A DNA stretch of 63,770 nt, counting the filler, from Stramenopiles sp. TOSAG23-2 (taxonomy: Eukaryota), in assembly GCA_900128395.1 (NCBI GenBank). It is 45 parts of 45 records of this genome, joined end to end, with 100 filler letters (N's around TTAATTAATTAA, not from the genome) between each part and the next. Parts side by side here need not be neighbours in the genome. Positions count along the whole stretch, not along the records: positions 24,232 to 25,554 come from LT653178.1; positions 25,655 to 26,976 come from LT653179.1; positions 27,077 to 28,397 come from LT653180.1; positions 28,498 to 29,818 come from LT653181.1; positions 29,919 to 31,238 come from LT653182.1; positions 31,339 to 32,658 come from LT653183.1; positions 32,759 to 34,078 come from LT653184.1; positions 34,179 to 35,498 come from LT653185.1; 37 more parts are not named here. One strand, written 5' to 3'. The position numbers were made by a program, and so were the translations under genes. Positions 24,361-37,017 of the stretch are shown here, in pieces (positions within the stretch are counted from its first letter, which is position 1; each line of letters opens with the position of its first letter). Under the pieces are notes generated by a model. It made no database searches, was not told the origin of the DNA, and worked only from the letters and a program-made list of their open reading frames with translations.

Positions 24361-25554
24361 ATGCGAGTTGATTTTTCAAAAATAATCAATTTTTTTCAAA
24401 GCAATGACTTTACAAATATGAAACATACTATTGATGACGTAGAAAATATATTATTACCAATAATGGCAAGTGATTTTTTTCGTTTTTCTCGTCAATTAGT
24501 CTCATCCAATAAGACAAATGAGGAAATATCAAGTATGCTTTTAGCATTTTCAAAATATTTAATGAATATGCGTAATAACGTTGCCTGTGAACATGGATAT
24601 TTATTATTAACAAACATTTTCGATATACTTTTAAATTTCCTAAAAGTTCAAATGGAAATTCTTCATTCGTGCCATCTGATTTAATTAAACTCCCTTCGAA
24701 TTGACATGGTTTACCATGCTCTTCAGTTAGTGAAAGTGCTTGTACTTTTGATGCCCGGCTAGACCGAATAGAATTTAAATCTAAATTAATCAATGTTTCC
24801 ATCTCATAGGATCCTACAGGCCATGGCGGAGGGGGTATTGACCCAGTATTGTCAACTTTTCGCTCTTCATCTGATGTTACTGCTTGCACTCCAACGTTCG
24901 TTGGGTTTACAGTTTCTACATTTATTATCTCTGTCAATAAGTTACTATCATTTTTCGTATTGTTTTTTTTACTTTCTTCATTACTAGCAACTGCAGTCCA
25001 CGAACATTGAATTGCATAATTTTGTAGATCAATAGCTTTTTTCTTTCCATATCTCTGTAGTACATTTGAAGATGCCAATAAACTTTGCACATCTTCCATT
25101 TCATTTATTAAATCTCGATGTATGTATTTGGAAAAATTTAAAATTTCAACAAGGATATTGGCAATTTCTGAATCCTCCATGTCAACGAATTCTAAAAAAC
25201 TTAATAAATATTCAAGGCATTTCAAAAAACCTCTTGGGGAATGTTGAAGACCACCTAATACTAACTTTAAAAAATTTGAAATAGCCATCAATATCATTTT
25301 AATTTCTTTCGAAAAAACTTTTCCCATCGCTATTTTCAATATCTTCATCGTCCATCTTACTATCAGTAATTTGTCTATTTTGTTTCGTAATTGTGGCATT
25401 TTTGATATTGTTTAAATGCAGTACGGAATTCAGTGCCACACCTTCACTAAGTTTCAATAAAACAGTATATCTTTTGCAAAATTTAAGTTGATCAAAAATG
25501 TTTGTTAATAATAAATATCCATGTTCACAGGTAACGTTATTACGCATATTCATT
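24361..25554. CDS. hypothetical helical-repeat protein split by an inversion (+ strand 24361-24625, continuing on - strand from 25554)
   Basis: MNMRNNV[A/T]CEHGYLLLTNIFD is encoded on both strands (about 24560-24625 and 25490-25554). Confidence 0.5.
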
Positions 25555-27473
25555 NNNNNNNNNNNNNNNNNNNNNNNNNNNNNNNNNNNNNNNNNNNNTT
25601 AATTAATTAANNNNNNNNNNNNNNNNNNNNNNNNNNNNNNNNNNNNNNNNNNNNTTTTATTGCATTTTTGGTATCAAATAGAAATTCCAGATTGAGCAGT
25701 CTGAGAAATTAATTTTTTATCAAGAGATAAAATATACAAGCAGCTAGTCTTTATAATTATAATTACAATAAAATCTTTCCAATTAACATTAGCTTAAAAT
25801 TACCATAAAATTGCGCGAAATCCTTAACAGTCATATGATATTATTGTCATTAGTATCGGTATAGCATTGATATGATGTAGATCCAAAAATGACATATTGG
25901 AATGTTAATAAAAATACAGTTTCATAGGTTCAATGTAGTTTCCCCCACTGTATTCATGGTGTCAAACACGATACTTGGTGTAGTCTCTGAAGGTGTGTGG
26001 AGAATTTCCAGATTCCTTATATACATAAAATATGTATAGCGCGTGTTAGGGATATAAAAAAATAATAATAAAAAATAATATTATTATAGGCACATAGCAG
26101 CAGCACTATCATATTATTATCATCAAATAATAATAATAAGTATTAGAATCCCACACAGATTAGCATATAAATAACATTAAGTTCTATTTATATGCTAAAT
26201 AGGTCAACAAATCATGTCTTTTGTGTTTTTGTTACCTAATATGATTACCACCTATATTGTAGCCCTTAAATACAATGTTTGGTTAGCTTAGGATCTTGTT
26301 AGCTTTTACGGAAACTATAGTTGATAGTAAATGATCAATGTTATATAACAATAAACTATCCACATATATTATTTGTATTACTTGTATAGATATATAATGT
26401 TTTATATATACTCTTCACTTTTTAATATAATACTATAATCTCTTTGTTGTTCTTTTTTTCTATGTTCACTTAACTTTACCAGCTTCATGGTGTACCAAAT
26501 CACTGAAAACCACACCACTTTCATTATACACAAAGTTTGTGGGTAAACTACCCGCCTAAAATTGTATAATTAAAAAGGTGCGAGGATTACCAGATTACTA
26601 TGCAGATAAGCTTACGGAACATGTTTACTAAGTTTACTACTAATATTTACCTTTTATTTTACTATAAAAATGTCACTAAAATATGCCATGTAAAACCTTA
26701 AAAAATCCACCTTTTTTTGATATTTACACACATATATATACATTGACATACTAGTACCATATACTAGTATATTTATACATCTACATATATGTATATTTCC
26801 AGAACTTTGAAATTTTGCACAGACAAAGATATTCATTGTTAGACTCCCTCTTTTGAAGCGTCACCTTCGTATGAGTGTGAGGTAAGCCAACTCATCTCTT
26901 ACACTCAAGTGGGCTGTTAGTTTATAAACGGAGACCTAACAAAATAGCAGGTATACATCATTAAGCGTCTCATTTCNNNNNNNNNNNNNNNNNNNNNNNN
27001 NNNNNNNNNNNNNNNNNNNNTTAATTAATTAANNNNNNNNNNNNNNNNNNNNNNNNNNNNNNNNNNNNNNNNNNNNAGTGAAAAGGATGGTGATAAAGCA
27101 TAATAATTAATATACATATTTATATACTATCAACTACAATATCCCTATATATATAAATAAATAAACATAAATAAATACATACACACACACACATTTCACC
27201 ACATCACCACATCACACATAGCACATTATATAGTGTTATAGTTAGAGAAGAAGAGAGAAAGTATATAGTATATATTACACAAAACACAAAAGCACAAAAG
27301 ATAAAGTTTGTCGGTCAAAATAAAAACTATCATTAAAATTAAAAAATAATTGTATTAGTTACGCACTATATTTTAATACACATATGATTAAAAATACAAA
27401 ATACAAAATCGCTCTCAAATCCCAAATCTCAAATCACCATTCCACCCTCTCTTTTTCACACTCTCATTACATC

Positions 27474-27508
<35 letters not shown>

Positions 27509-27546
27509 AAAACTCTCTCTCTCTCTCTCCTCCTCTCTCTCTCTCT
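27474..27546. repeat. (CT)n microsatellite
   Basis: Interrupted CT dinucleotide run. Confidence 0.95.
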
Positions 27547-28497
27547 AAAACTCTCAGTTCTCACTTCTCACATCATTTTCACTTCGCACTCATTTCTCAT
27601 TTCTCATTCTTTTCAACAATCTCCCTAGATCAATCCATCTCCCTAGATCAATCCCACTTCCTATACCCAGCTGTATATGGACCAATTGGTTTTTGACTAC
27701 GTTCACGTGGTGGTGCATTCCATCCACTACGATGTGCACTACGATGATCATATGGTTGAAAATCTTTTGTTGTATTTGGTGCTACTGTTGGTGAAAATAC
27801 ATTNNNNNNNNNNNNNNNNNNNNNNNNNNNNNNNNNNNNNNNNNNNNNNNNNNNNNNNNTACCTAAAATATCTCGACTAAATGTATCTTGTCCACTTCTT
27901 GGACCAACATTTAAACGTGGTGCACCATTTGTATTTTTCCAATTATAATTGTTTTTATTAGCATGACGATAATTATTATTATTCTCATATTTTGTTTGTT
28001 TCGCAAGATCATATACATTGATACCGTTTGATGTCACTGCAATACTAAATTTATTATTATTGGAAATATGATAACCTATCCAATTGCTTATCATTTTTTT
28101 CGTAAATCAAGTGGTCAAATGGGGGCATACTTTGCTGGGAAAATTCCGATAGCATGGGAACAGAAAATTGTTCGATATACAAATGTGATTCGTGAATCGC
28201 TGTTGAAATATGACATTGAACAAAACAATAAGGATCTTTTATTAAATGAAATTTTTAAAATGCATTCCGAGGTGGAAAAATGGGCATTTGAGGTGAATAA
28301 AGGTACCAGTGCCGTAAAAGGATTGATAGCTTCCTCTATGTTTTTACTGGCTGCTATTTTTACCATTTGTACTGGTGTATTGCAATTAAATAAAACTNNN
28401 NNNNNNNNNNNNNNNNNNNNNNNNNNNNNNNNNNNNNNNNNTTAATTAATTAANNNNNNNNNNNNNNNNNNNNNNNNNNNNNNNNNNNNNNNNNNNN

Positions 28498-29766
28498 CGT
28501 ATGATATGTTACATATGCAGTGGTAGTTGTGATATTATTATTGTTATTATTATTACCAATACCTTCATTGTTATCCTTATTATCGCTTGGTGGTGATGAT
28601 ACTGGAGATACTTTTTTTTTCAAACTTTGTAATAATAATGGTATAGATTCAAATTGAAATAATAATTTCGTCGTTTCGTCACTATTTAACCCATTCCATT
28701 CTCCTGTGATTGCCATACGACCATCGATAGATGCACTCAGAAGGCAGTGTTCTACAATAACAGGTCCATATTTAGCAATTTCATATGGACATGATGTATC
28801 ATTACGATTTAAAAGAATTTGTTCGTCACTATTTAACCCATTCCATTCTCCTGTGATTGCCATACGACCATCGATAGATGCACTCAGAAGGCAGTGTTCT
28901 ACAATAACAGGTCCATATTTAGCAATTTCATATGGACATGATGTATCATTACGATTTAAAAGAATTTGTAATAATGAAATTTTCTTCTTATTTTTTTTCT
29001 TTTTCTGTCCACTACCACTACGTTTTTTCGCTCCATTTTTACTTTCTTTACTGTTATTTTTATCATTATCAACTATTTCTTGTGTATTAATAACTTTTGT
29101 TTCTAACTTTAGCTTATTATTATTATCTCCGTTAGTATCGTCATTATTATTAGTACCAAAATAATATGCTTTCATTTTTAATAACCATTTTTGATATTCT
29201 TGTACAAGAGTTTCATTTACGTCCTTTATTGATCGCGAGCTATGGGGTTTCAAATCGTTATTATTGCCAGAAGAGTCTTGAACAACTTTTAAATTATCTA
29301 CAGGATAAATTCCACCAACAACAACCTTTGTTTCTTCATCGTATGTATGCGATCTTAATAAAGCTAATATTTCATATGTATAATCAGTCAATATAATATT
29401 ACCTTTGTCATACATTTCTAATATTAAATGATAACAAGCTTCACCTTTTCCAAATGAAAAATCAACAACTCGATCACTACCTAATTGTTGGCATGAATAT
29501 AATATCCTAGTCCTGATATATTTCCTAAGTTTCATTGAAAACGGCGATGGAGCAGGTGACTTTTCACGTACATATTTTGTCGTATGAAACCGTACACCAC
29601 TTTCCATAATCAAAGTTAATTTAGGACAATCTTTTTTTTGCAATTTAAACAAATATGTTTTCAAATCTATATCATATAAATTAGCAACGCGATATCCAAC
29701 GCCCAGTTGGTTAATGTCCCGTACCGCTGCGACGACGTCTAACAATCCATAATTTCGTTTCGGCAT
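28498..29766 (-). CDS. NEMF: ribosome quality-control factor NEMF/Rqc2, N-terminal NFACT-N region
   Basis: GYRVANLYD, ESGVRFHTT, FSMKLRKYIRTR, QLGSDRVVDFSFG, LILEMYDKGNIILTD; contains a 147-bp exact duplication at 28675-28969. Confidence 0.93.
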
Positions 29767-30278
29767 GGTTGTTACTTGGTATTGATTCTTCAGCTTTATT
29801 ATTATTACTTCTATAGGTNNNNNNNNNNNNNNNNNNNNNNNNNNNNNNNNNNNNNNNNNNNNTTAATTAATTAANNNNNNNNNNNNNNNNNNNNNNNNNN
29901 NNNNNNNNNNNNNNNNNNAATATTTTATTGATTAATTTATAGTAATAATTACGATCCAAAAAACTAAAAAACACCACCACGGGGGCGGCAAAATTGTTAG
30001 AGTTATATTATAGGGTTTCACCGTTTTAACCTCTACACTGAGAGAATTTAAATTTTCTCTGCTCTTCTCGGCTATTGTAGCGTCGTGTGACCGTGATAAA
30101 AGAATGTATTAGTCTTTTCATTAACGCCCATTAAGCAAAATATCAATAACATTTTGTATATTTCTTGTTAAAAATTTTTACAGTAGCTACAAGTACATGT
30201 ACTATTAGTTGCACTATTAATACCAAAATCTCGTTCTTGAACTACAGTATAATACAGTATACAGTATAATTGCAACTA

Positions 30279-30460
30279 TTAACCTGCTTCTGTTGTTATT
30301 TTAGATAGACCACTACATTGTGATGCAGAACCATATGTAAATATCTTTCCATTTAGAACACCTTCACCAGCTTTGCAATTAAGATCATTACCGCTAACAA
30401 CAAACTGCACCATGAATTGTGATATCATTAATAACACCACAATATGTATCAGTTTCAATT
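30279..30460 (-). pseudogene. truncated paralog of the secreted Cys-rich family
   Basis: Signal-like stretch + DLNCKAGEG..SQCSGLSKITTEAG then TAA; about 40 nt identical to 15442-15482. Confidence 0.55.
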
Positions 30461-31338
30461 CACTTTTACTGTTTGATAATTGAATAAATAATTCTTAGTA
30501 AGAAAGTTACTTCGATATTTTTCAAATGTATTATTAACTTGATAGGTTTAATTCGTGTGCAATATAATAATATTATCACTGTTTTGATTTCAATTGTTTA
30601 TAAATTTATATAATGATTTATTCTATATATCTACGTGTACATATATGAATGTGTATTGATGTATATATATTGTGAGGATTATTAATATTCAATAGTGTGT
30701 ACATGCTATTACCTTTTTATCAAAATGGTGATAAAATCGTTTTCTCCGAAATAGTAGGTACATAGCATTACAAATGACTAATCTGCCAAATAAGTCACAC
30801 ACGATCTTCAATCCATTTTTGATATAGCATATAAATAGTATTGAAAAATTCCTCTATAAACAAAATAATGCTTTTCCACAGAAGAGCACAAAAAACCTTA
30901 TTCCTGGCCCTCTTTTTTTTTCACTCGATGAATTCCGGAATTCATCCACCTCGTTTTGAGAGAAGTGAAAAATATAATAAAATCAGCCCTCAGGCCTCAG
31001 GTGAAAAATCAGCCCTCTTTTCTCTTAGTAGCTCATATTTCATCACATCATCCTCGTCGTTCATTTCGTTCATCGCTCGTCGACATGTGAGACATGTATG
31101 AGAAACAGTATATATGATATCATGATACCACTTACATACATGCATGTGAATCTAAGTTACATATATACATGTACTGTATAACAATATTAGCAAAGAATTT
31201 TTCCCAAATTTGAAATTTTTATTTTTGAATGGCAACTANNNNNNNNNNNNNNNNNNNNNNNNNNNNNNNNNNNNNNNNNNNNTTAATTAATTAANNNNNN
31301 NNNNNNNNNNNNNNNNNNNNNNNNNNNNNNNNNNNNNN

Positions 31339-32658
31339 CCACCAAAATCTGGAAATCGCTTTCGTTTAAAACGATCAGCTACTTCAGTAAAAGCTCCTAT
31401 TGATGTATTTATGGTCCATATAATGTTACGTGCAAATACACCATTGCACCACCCGGCAAGACGTCAGCCATTTTTTCAAGTATGGAAAAGTGCAGTAAAA
31501 GGATCATTGCGCTGGACAAGAGTGTTGAAACAATGGGGCTGTAATTACGTTGGTGATTTAAAAAAATGTCCATTGCTTGATATCGGAATGCCACCAAACC
31601 TTTGCTTATTAATTCGTAAAATGTTATGGCATATTGAATCAGTCATTAATTGGATGATCGATATGTGTCNNNNNNNNNNNNNNNNNNNNNNNNNNNNNNN
31701 NNNNNNNNNNNNNNNNNNNNNNNNNNNNNNNNNNNNNNNNNNNNNNNNNNNNNNNNNNNNNNNNNNNNNNNNNNNNNNNAATCCACCGAAAAAAATGATT
31801 GCAGCAGATGGTTGGGATCCCGCGGAGGATCGCCAATTTATGACGGAGGAAGAGCGCTTCAGGCGTCCATTTACAGCACCAGCGATGGTAACCATGCAAA
31901 AAAACGTTATTGATAGAAAAAAATATAAAAAGAAATTAAAAGGAACGTTTCGTCCGAATACATCACCAGCAAGAACGCATATATCTCCTTCTCCAATTAG
32001 GAAAAGAAAGCGGAAGAAGAAAAAGAGAGGGAGAAAGATGCGTAAAGGTATTGCAAGCAATACTAGTAGGAGGAAAAACAAAAACAAACGCTCATTATCT
32101 CCCCCAGCACAATTTGCCTTGGAAGATGATTCAATTATATCTGTATCTGAAGGTATTTTATCAACACCACAACGTGGAGATGGTAGACCAGAAACAAGTC
32201 CATCACGCCCACGTGCATCTAGCTTTCAACAAGATCAACAATATGCATTGCGACCACCAAGACCTGGAACATCGCAAGGATTACATAGACAAGTAACATT
32301 TAATTTAACAAATCAACAAGACAACAATAGTCTGAATATAGGTTCGCGTCCAGGTACTGCCCCAGTGAATATCAACCAAAGGCAACGTAGCTCAAGAAGA
32401 AGAAGTAGCAGTCCAAGTGGCAGCAGGGGTATCATGAAGACGACAAGCAGCAGCAGTAGTAGAACTAATATATCAACGACTGATAGTGCCACTAGTACTA
32501 AATCTCCAAAACGACGTGTACAATCAGCATTGCGGCGTCCACGATCTGGTTACATGGCTCATATGAATGTGATAAACTCTAATCGTCCAGGGACAGCAGG
32601 GTATGATATGACTATGAAACATCAGAATGCATCAAGCATTAGTAATATTGGCAAAACA
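31339..32658 (+). CDS. hypothetical basic disordered protein with repeated RPx(T/S) motifs
   Basis: Long open frame across an internal gap; RPFTAP, RPNTSP, RPETSP, RPGTS, RPGTAP, RPGTAG. Confidence 0.6.
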
Positions 32659-32758
32659 NNNNNNNNNNNNNNNNNNNNNNNNNNNNNNNNNNNNNNNNNN
32701 NNTTAATTAATTAANNNNNNNNNNNNNNNNNNNNNNNNNNNNNNNNNNNNNNNNNNNN

Positions 32759-34078
32759 TCTTTCAATGTCATATTATTATTATTATTACCATTACTACCA
32801 TTCACATCATTGTTATGCCCTGTAATCAATAATTTCACATCCTCAAAACGTCCTTTTTCACATGCGCATACTAATGGCGTGCCTTCTGGAAATTCTTCTT
32901 CATATTTAATCTCTAATTCATTACGTGCTTCTACCCTAGCTTTGCGCGCTTTTTCCTCTTCCTCTTTCTGTTTACGTGCTTCCTCTTCGTTTTGCTGAAG
33001 TATTGCTGTTTTTTCATCTACACGATGCTGTGGCTTTTTGTTAACATTTGATACTGTCACAGTGCCGTCTTTATGTAATATCTTTGGCTTAGCTTTTATA
33101 ATAGATTCAATGCTCGCTTTCCAAAAAGTATGATTACCACCAAACACTGCCGTAAAATTAATATTGCCAATACCTTTTAAATATGCTTTATCTGCTGGGC
33201 AACGTCCAATAATATTACCAATTTCCTTTTTGTATTGAACGTCAATAATGACTTGTATTGGTTTACCATATTCAACAGCCCATTCTAACTCTTTTACACA
33301 CCATGGTCTGGTAAAATACATAGGAGACATGATAACAAGAATGATCTTTGAATTTTTAATACCTTCTTTCATTGCAGCTACATCCTGCTCTTTCATTTTC
33401 ACATCCAACCAACAAGACTTTCCAAGGTCTTTCATGGAATAAAATATATCACGTGCAATATGGTTTGATAAGCTTGCGTGCGAAAAAAAATAATCCCATT
33501 CCCCGGGTTCATTTAAATAATTCACTAAACGTTTTTCTTTCTTTGCCAATAATTCTTTCATCTTTCTTTTTTCCATTTCATTACGACGTTCTTCTGCTTC
33601 TAATTGTTCAATCTCATTTTTTAAACCTGCTGTTGATTTTCGTGGTAATTCTTCTTGGTTCTTTATTTGGCTAAGTTTATACTTTGACGAACCTAAATAT
33701 GTTTTTGTTAATTCAGATATATCTATAGTATCGAATACTGCAGTAAAGCGTTTTGCTGGCGGCTTATTCATGTTTTTTTCGGAATTTAAATTATTTTGTT
33801 TTTTAGAGGAAGGTTTCTCCTCTAGTGATGATTTTTCATTCGAATCTAGTATAGTCTTTATAATTCGTTTAGGTTTTTCTTTAATAATATTATTATCATC
33901 TATTCTGGAGGGTACATGTACCCAATTGTCCTTGGTTAAAACCTTACCATCGATTTCTATATCCCCTGAATCTGAATAGTCATCTGTACGATCTCTTATC
34001 GGCACAACAAGTTCACGCCCTTCATCCTGCTTCTTCAAACTTTCATCATCTTTAAATGTTGTATCGGTAATAGTACTA
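32759..34078 (-). CDS. TIR (TIR_2-type) domain protein with coiled coils and ankyrin repeat, internal fragment
   Basis: WDYFFSH, CWLD, GIKNSK, YFTRPWCVKEL; then GTPLVCACEKGRFEDVKLLI. Confidence 0.88.
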
Positions 34079-34239
34079 NNNNNNNNNNNNNNNNNNNNNN
34101 NNNNNNNNNNNNNNNNNNNNNNTTAATTAATTAANNNNNNNNNNNNNNNNNNNNNNNNNNNNNNNNNNNNNNNNNNNNCATATATATATATATAACGAAG
34201 ATATTTGTTGAGCAATTATTCCTGGACAAGAAAGTGTCA

Positions 34240-34929
34240 ATGAGAATGTTTATATTAATTTTCTCAATGTTGTTTGCTACTTCGGTAGCGTCAACTCCTA
34301 TTCCGTTAACTCAGTGGACAGCTGATGTCGTTCAAACGACAACAGGCGATTTTCCAAATCTCAAGAACGGGACTGAGTCATTTAAGCACTATTATGATTA
34401 TCCTCTCAGAGATCGTTTTAGTTATCCCAATGGAAAGGAACAAGTCTATCGTTTTGATGTTGTTAATCCTCACACCAAATTTGGCAAAGCTTTTCAGTGG
34501 ATGACATCTGATCCTAAAGGAACTTGTTGCTTTGTTTATCTGGAGAATTTACCTCCCGGAGAGCCTCCGCCCGGCGAGCCACAGAAAATGTCTCCAATTG
34601 CTGTTAGCGCTGGTTCAAAAGACTTGGGACCTTTTAACGGTGGTGAACATTTTGAACACAAAATGAATATTGTTGTGTTAAAAGTTACAGAAGACTGGGT
34701 TATTGATGAGAACAGAAAGAATATTATCTTACAGTACAACCAAACTGTTTCAAGTCCGTTAACAAAACCTGTCAGAAATGCCTTCATTCAATCAGACTTT
34801 GCAAACACTATTGTTGGAAACTTGACCAAGGCTGATTTTGCCTACCCTGGTGGGTGCACAAGACAGTGTCACGCACTAGAGAAAGATTTTGCTTTTAAGC
34901 ATCACCATAGGATGGGTAAAATTATATAA
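34240..34929 (+). CDS. secreted ependymin-related (LolA-like fold) protein, putative
   Basis: Signal peptide, QWTA, YYDY..R.RF, CC, C-terminal DFAYPGGC pattern. Confidence 0.5.
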   Translation: MRMFILIFSMLFATSVASTPIPLTQWTADVVQTTTGDFPNLKNGTESFKHYYDYPLRDRFSYPNGKEQVYRFDVVNPHTKFGKAFQWMTSDPKGTCCFVYLENLPPGEPPPGEPQKMSPIAVSAGSKDLGPFNGGEHFEHKMNIVVLKVTEDWVIDENRKNIILQYNQTVSSPLTKPVRNAFIQSDFANTIVGNLTKADFAYPGGCTRQCHALEKDFAFKHHHRMGKII

Positions 34930-35176
34930 TTATTATCTCTTATTATATATAAATGTTTTTATTTACGAAATATATATAAAACCAAATTTTTGTACTTTTT
35001 TACTTTGTACTACTTTCTTCGAAATTTACACTTTTCTCTCCAATAACCAAAATAAATAAACTTCATATATCATACCAATAAATAAACTTCATATCTCGTA
35101 TTTTTTATTTTAATTTCAATTAACATATAGAATTTATGACGTCCTATGCTGGTGGAAGCCAGGGGGGGCAATTTTT

Positions 35177-35470
35177 TTAATAATCATCCAAGTCATCGTC
35201 TTCAATATCATCAGAATCAACATAAAATGGGTCATAATTGATATATTTTTGATCAACCTCAGTAGGAACTTTTCCAGGAAAAGTTAATAATTTATTTATG
35301 TAATCATCTGCAATTGGTCTCGCAACCTCCTCTTCATCATTCCAATATATCCTGGACGTCATTGTTTTACACCATTGTAGAGTACTCTTTCTCTGTTCAA
35401 AATAGACTCCAAGGGCTGATAAACCTGTTGGTGTTAATATTGTCAAATCAGCACCAGCATAGGACGTCAT
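35177..35470 (-). CDS. hypothetical protein with acidic tail
   Basis: 97-codon ORF; its 5' end is duplicated in inverted orientation at about 35108-35155. Confidence 0.4.
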   Translation of the reverse strand: MTSYAGADLTILTPTGLSALGVYFEQRKSTLQWCKTMTSRIYWNDEEEVARPIADDYINKLLTFPGKVPTEVDQKYINYDPFYVDSDDIEDDDLDDY

Positions 35471-36299
35471 AAATTCTATATGTTAATTGAAATTAAAANN
35501 NNNNNNNNNNNNNNNNNNNNNNNNNNNNNNNNNNNNNNNNNNTTAATTAATTAANNNNNNNNNNNNNNNNNNNNNNNNNNNNNNNNNNNNNNNNNNNNAT
35601 TTCATTTTAATTTATTTTCATATAATATTTCCTTAAAAAATAGATATAATGCTGGTGTATATAATTATCCATACTGATTTTTTGAGTGTTTTTAGTTGTC
35701 TCCTTCTGTATAGATTTAGGAGGCAAATTGTTTGAAAAAATAAAAAAAAAAAGATAATAAGTCTAATAATAAAAACAAACTAAAACAAGCCTAAGCCTAT
35801 GCATAAAGCTGTACATTATTAGCACATCACAACATTAAAAACATCAATATAAATAATAATAGAATATCCAAATTTCATTTTAATTTATTTTCATATAATA
35901 TTTCCTTAAAAAATAGATATAATGCTTGTGTATATTATCCATACTGATTTTTTGAGTGTTTTTTGCTGTATCCTTCTGTATAGATTTAGGAGGCAAATTA
36001 CTTATTGTTTGGTGCTTTTTATTTTGTTGAAAAAATAAAAAAGATGATAATTATTTAAATTCTACTAATAAAAATGTAAGTATATACTCATATTATTAAT
36101 AGTATACATTAATTATTTTAATTTATTAGCACATCACAACATTAAAAACATCAATATAAATAATAATAGAATATCCATTCATACACATATATACAAATAG
36201 AAATATATATACATACAGAAAAGTAAAACAGACAAACATCCAACCATACCTCTATTCTAACAATAACAATTGTTTTAATGTCAATCAGTCGTACATAAC

Positions 36300-36917
36300 A
36301 TGACGAGTATAGTAACAGATTTAACGGGTGATGATGATGAAACTGATGAAACTATTATTTGTAAAAGATGTACATTTATAAACTCATCCTTTTTAAATTA
36401 TTGTGAGCTTTGCGAGGCACCACTGAAAAATAATTTTATGTTAAATAATAATAATCAAAGTCCACAAGGCGGCATTACAAGGAAAAAAGAAATACAATCA
36501 GAACAACACGAGAAATCACAGAAACAACAATCGGTGGAAAGTTTACAAAATGAAAATACTGCACTTCGTAAAGAATTGCAAGAGTTGAGAAGACTTCATG
36601 ATGGTAAAAAGCGAAAAAATTTAACGGGTGATGATGATGAAACTGATGAAACTATTATTTGTAAAAGATGTACGTTCATAAACTCATCCTTTTTAAATTA
36701 TTGTGAACTTTGCGAGGCGCCACTGAAAAATAATTTTATGTTAAATAATAATAATCAAAGTCCAGAAGGCAGCATTACAAGGAAAAAAGAAATACAATCA
36801 GAACAACACGTCAAATCACAGAAACAACAATTGGTGGAAAGTTTACAAAATGAAAATACTGTACTTCGTAAAGAATTGCAAGAGTTGAGAAGACTTCATG
36901 ATGGTAAAAAGCGAAAA
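36300..36917 (+). CDS. tandem RanBP2/NZF zinc-finger + coiled-coil repeat protein, 3' truncated
   Basis: CKRCTFIN-x6-CELC twice, in a 300-bp repeat (36321 and 36621). Confidence 0.8.
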
Positions 36918-37017
36918 NNNNNNNNNNNNNNNNNNNNNNNNNNNNNNNNNNNNNNNNNNNNTTAATTAATTAANNNNNNNNNNNNNNNNNNNNNNNNNNN
37001 NNNNNNNNNNNNNNNNN

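Noticed and set aside
26870-26910. Hairpin starting ATGA that resembles a SECIS
   Set aside because: The 3' side is CTCA (plain Watson-Crick pairing, no tandem G.A) and no selenoprotein ORF is on the contig
28675-28969. 49-aa internal duplication in NEMF
   Set aside because: The 147-bp copies appear identical; most likely an assembly or amplification artefact
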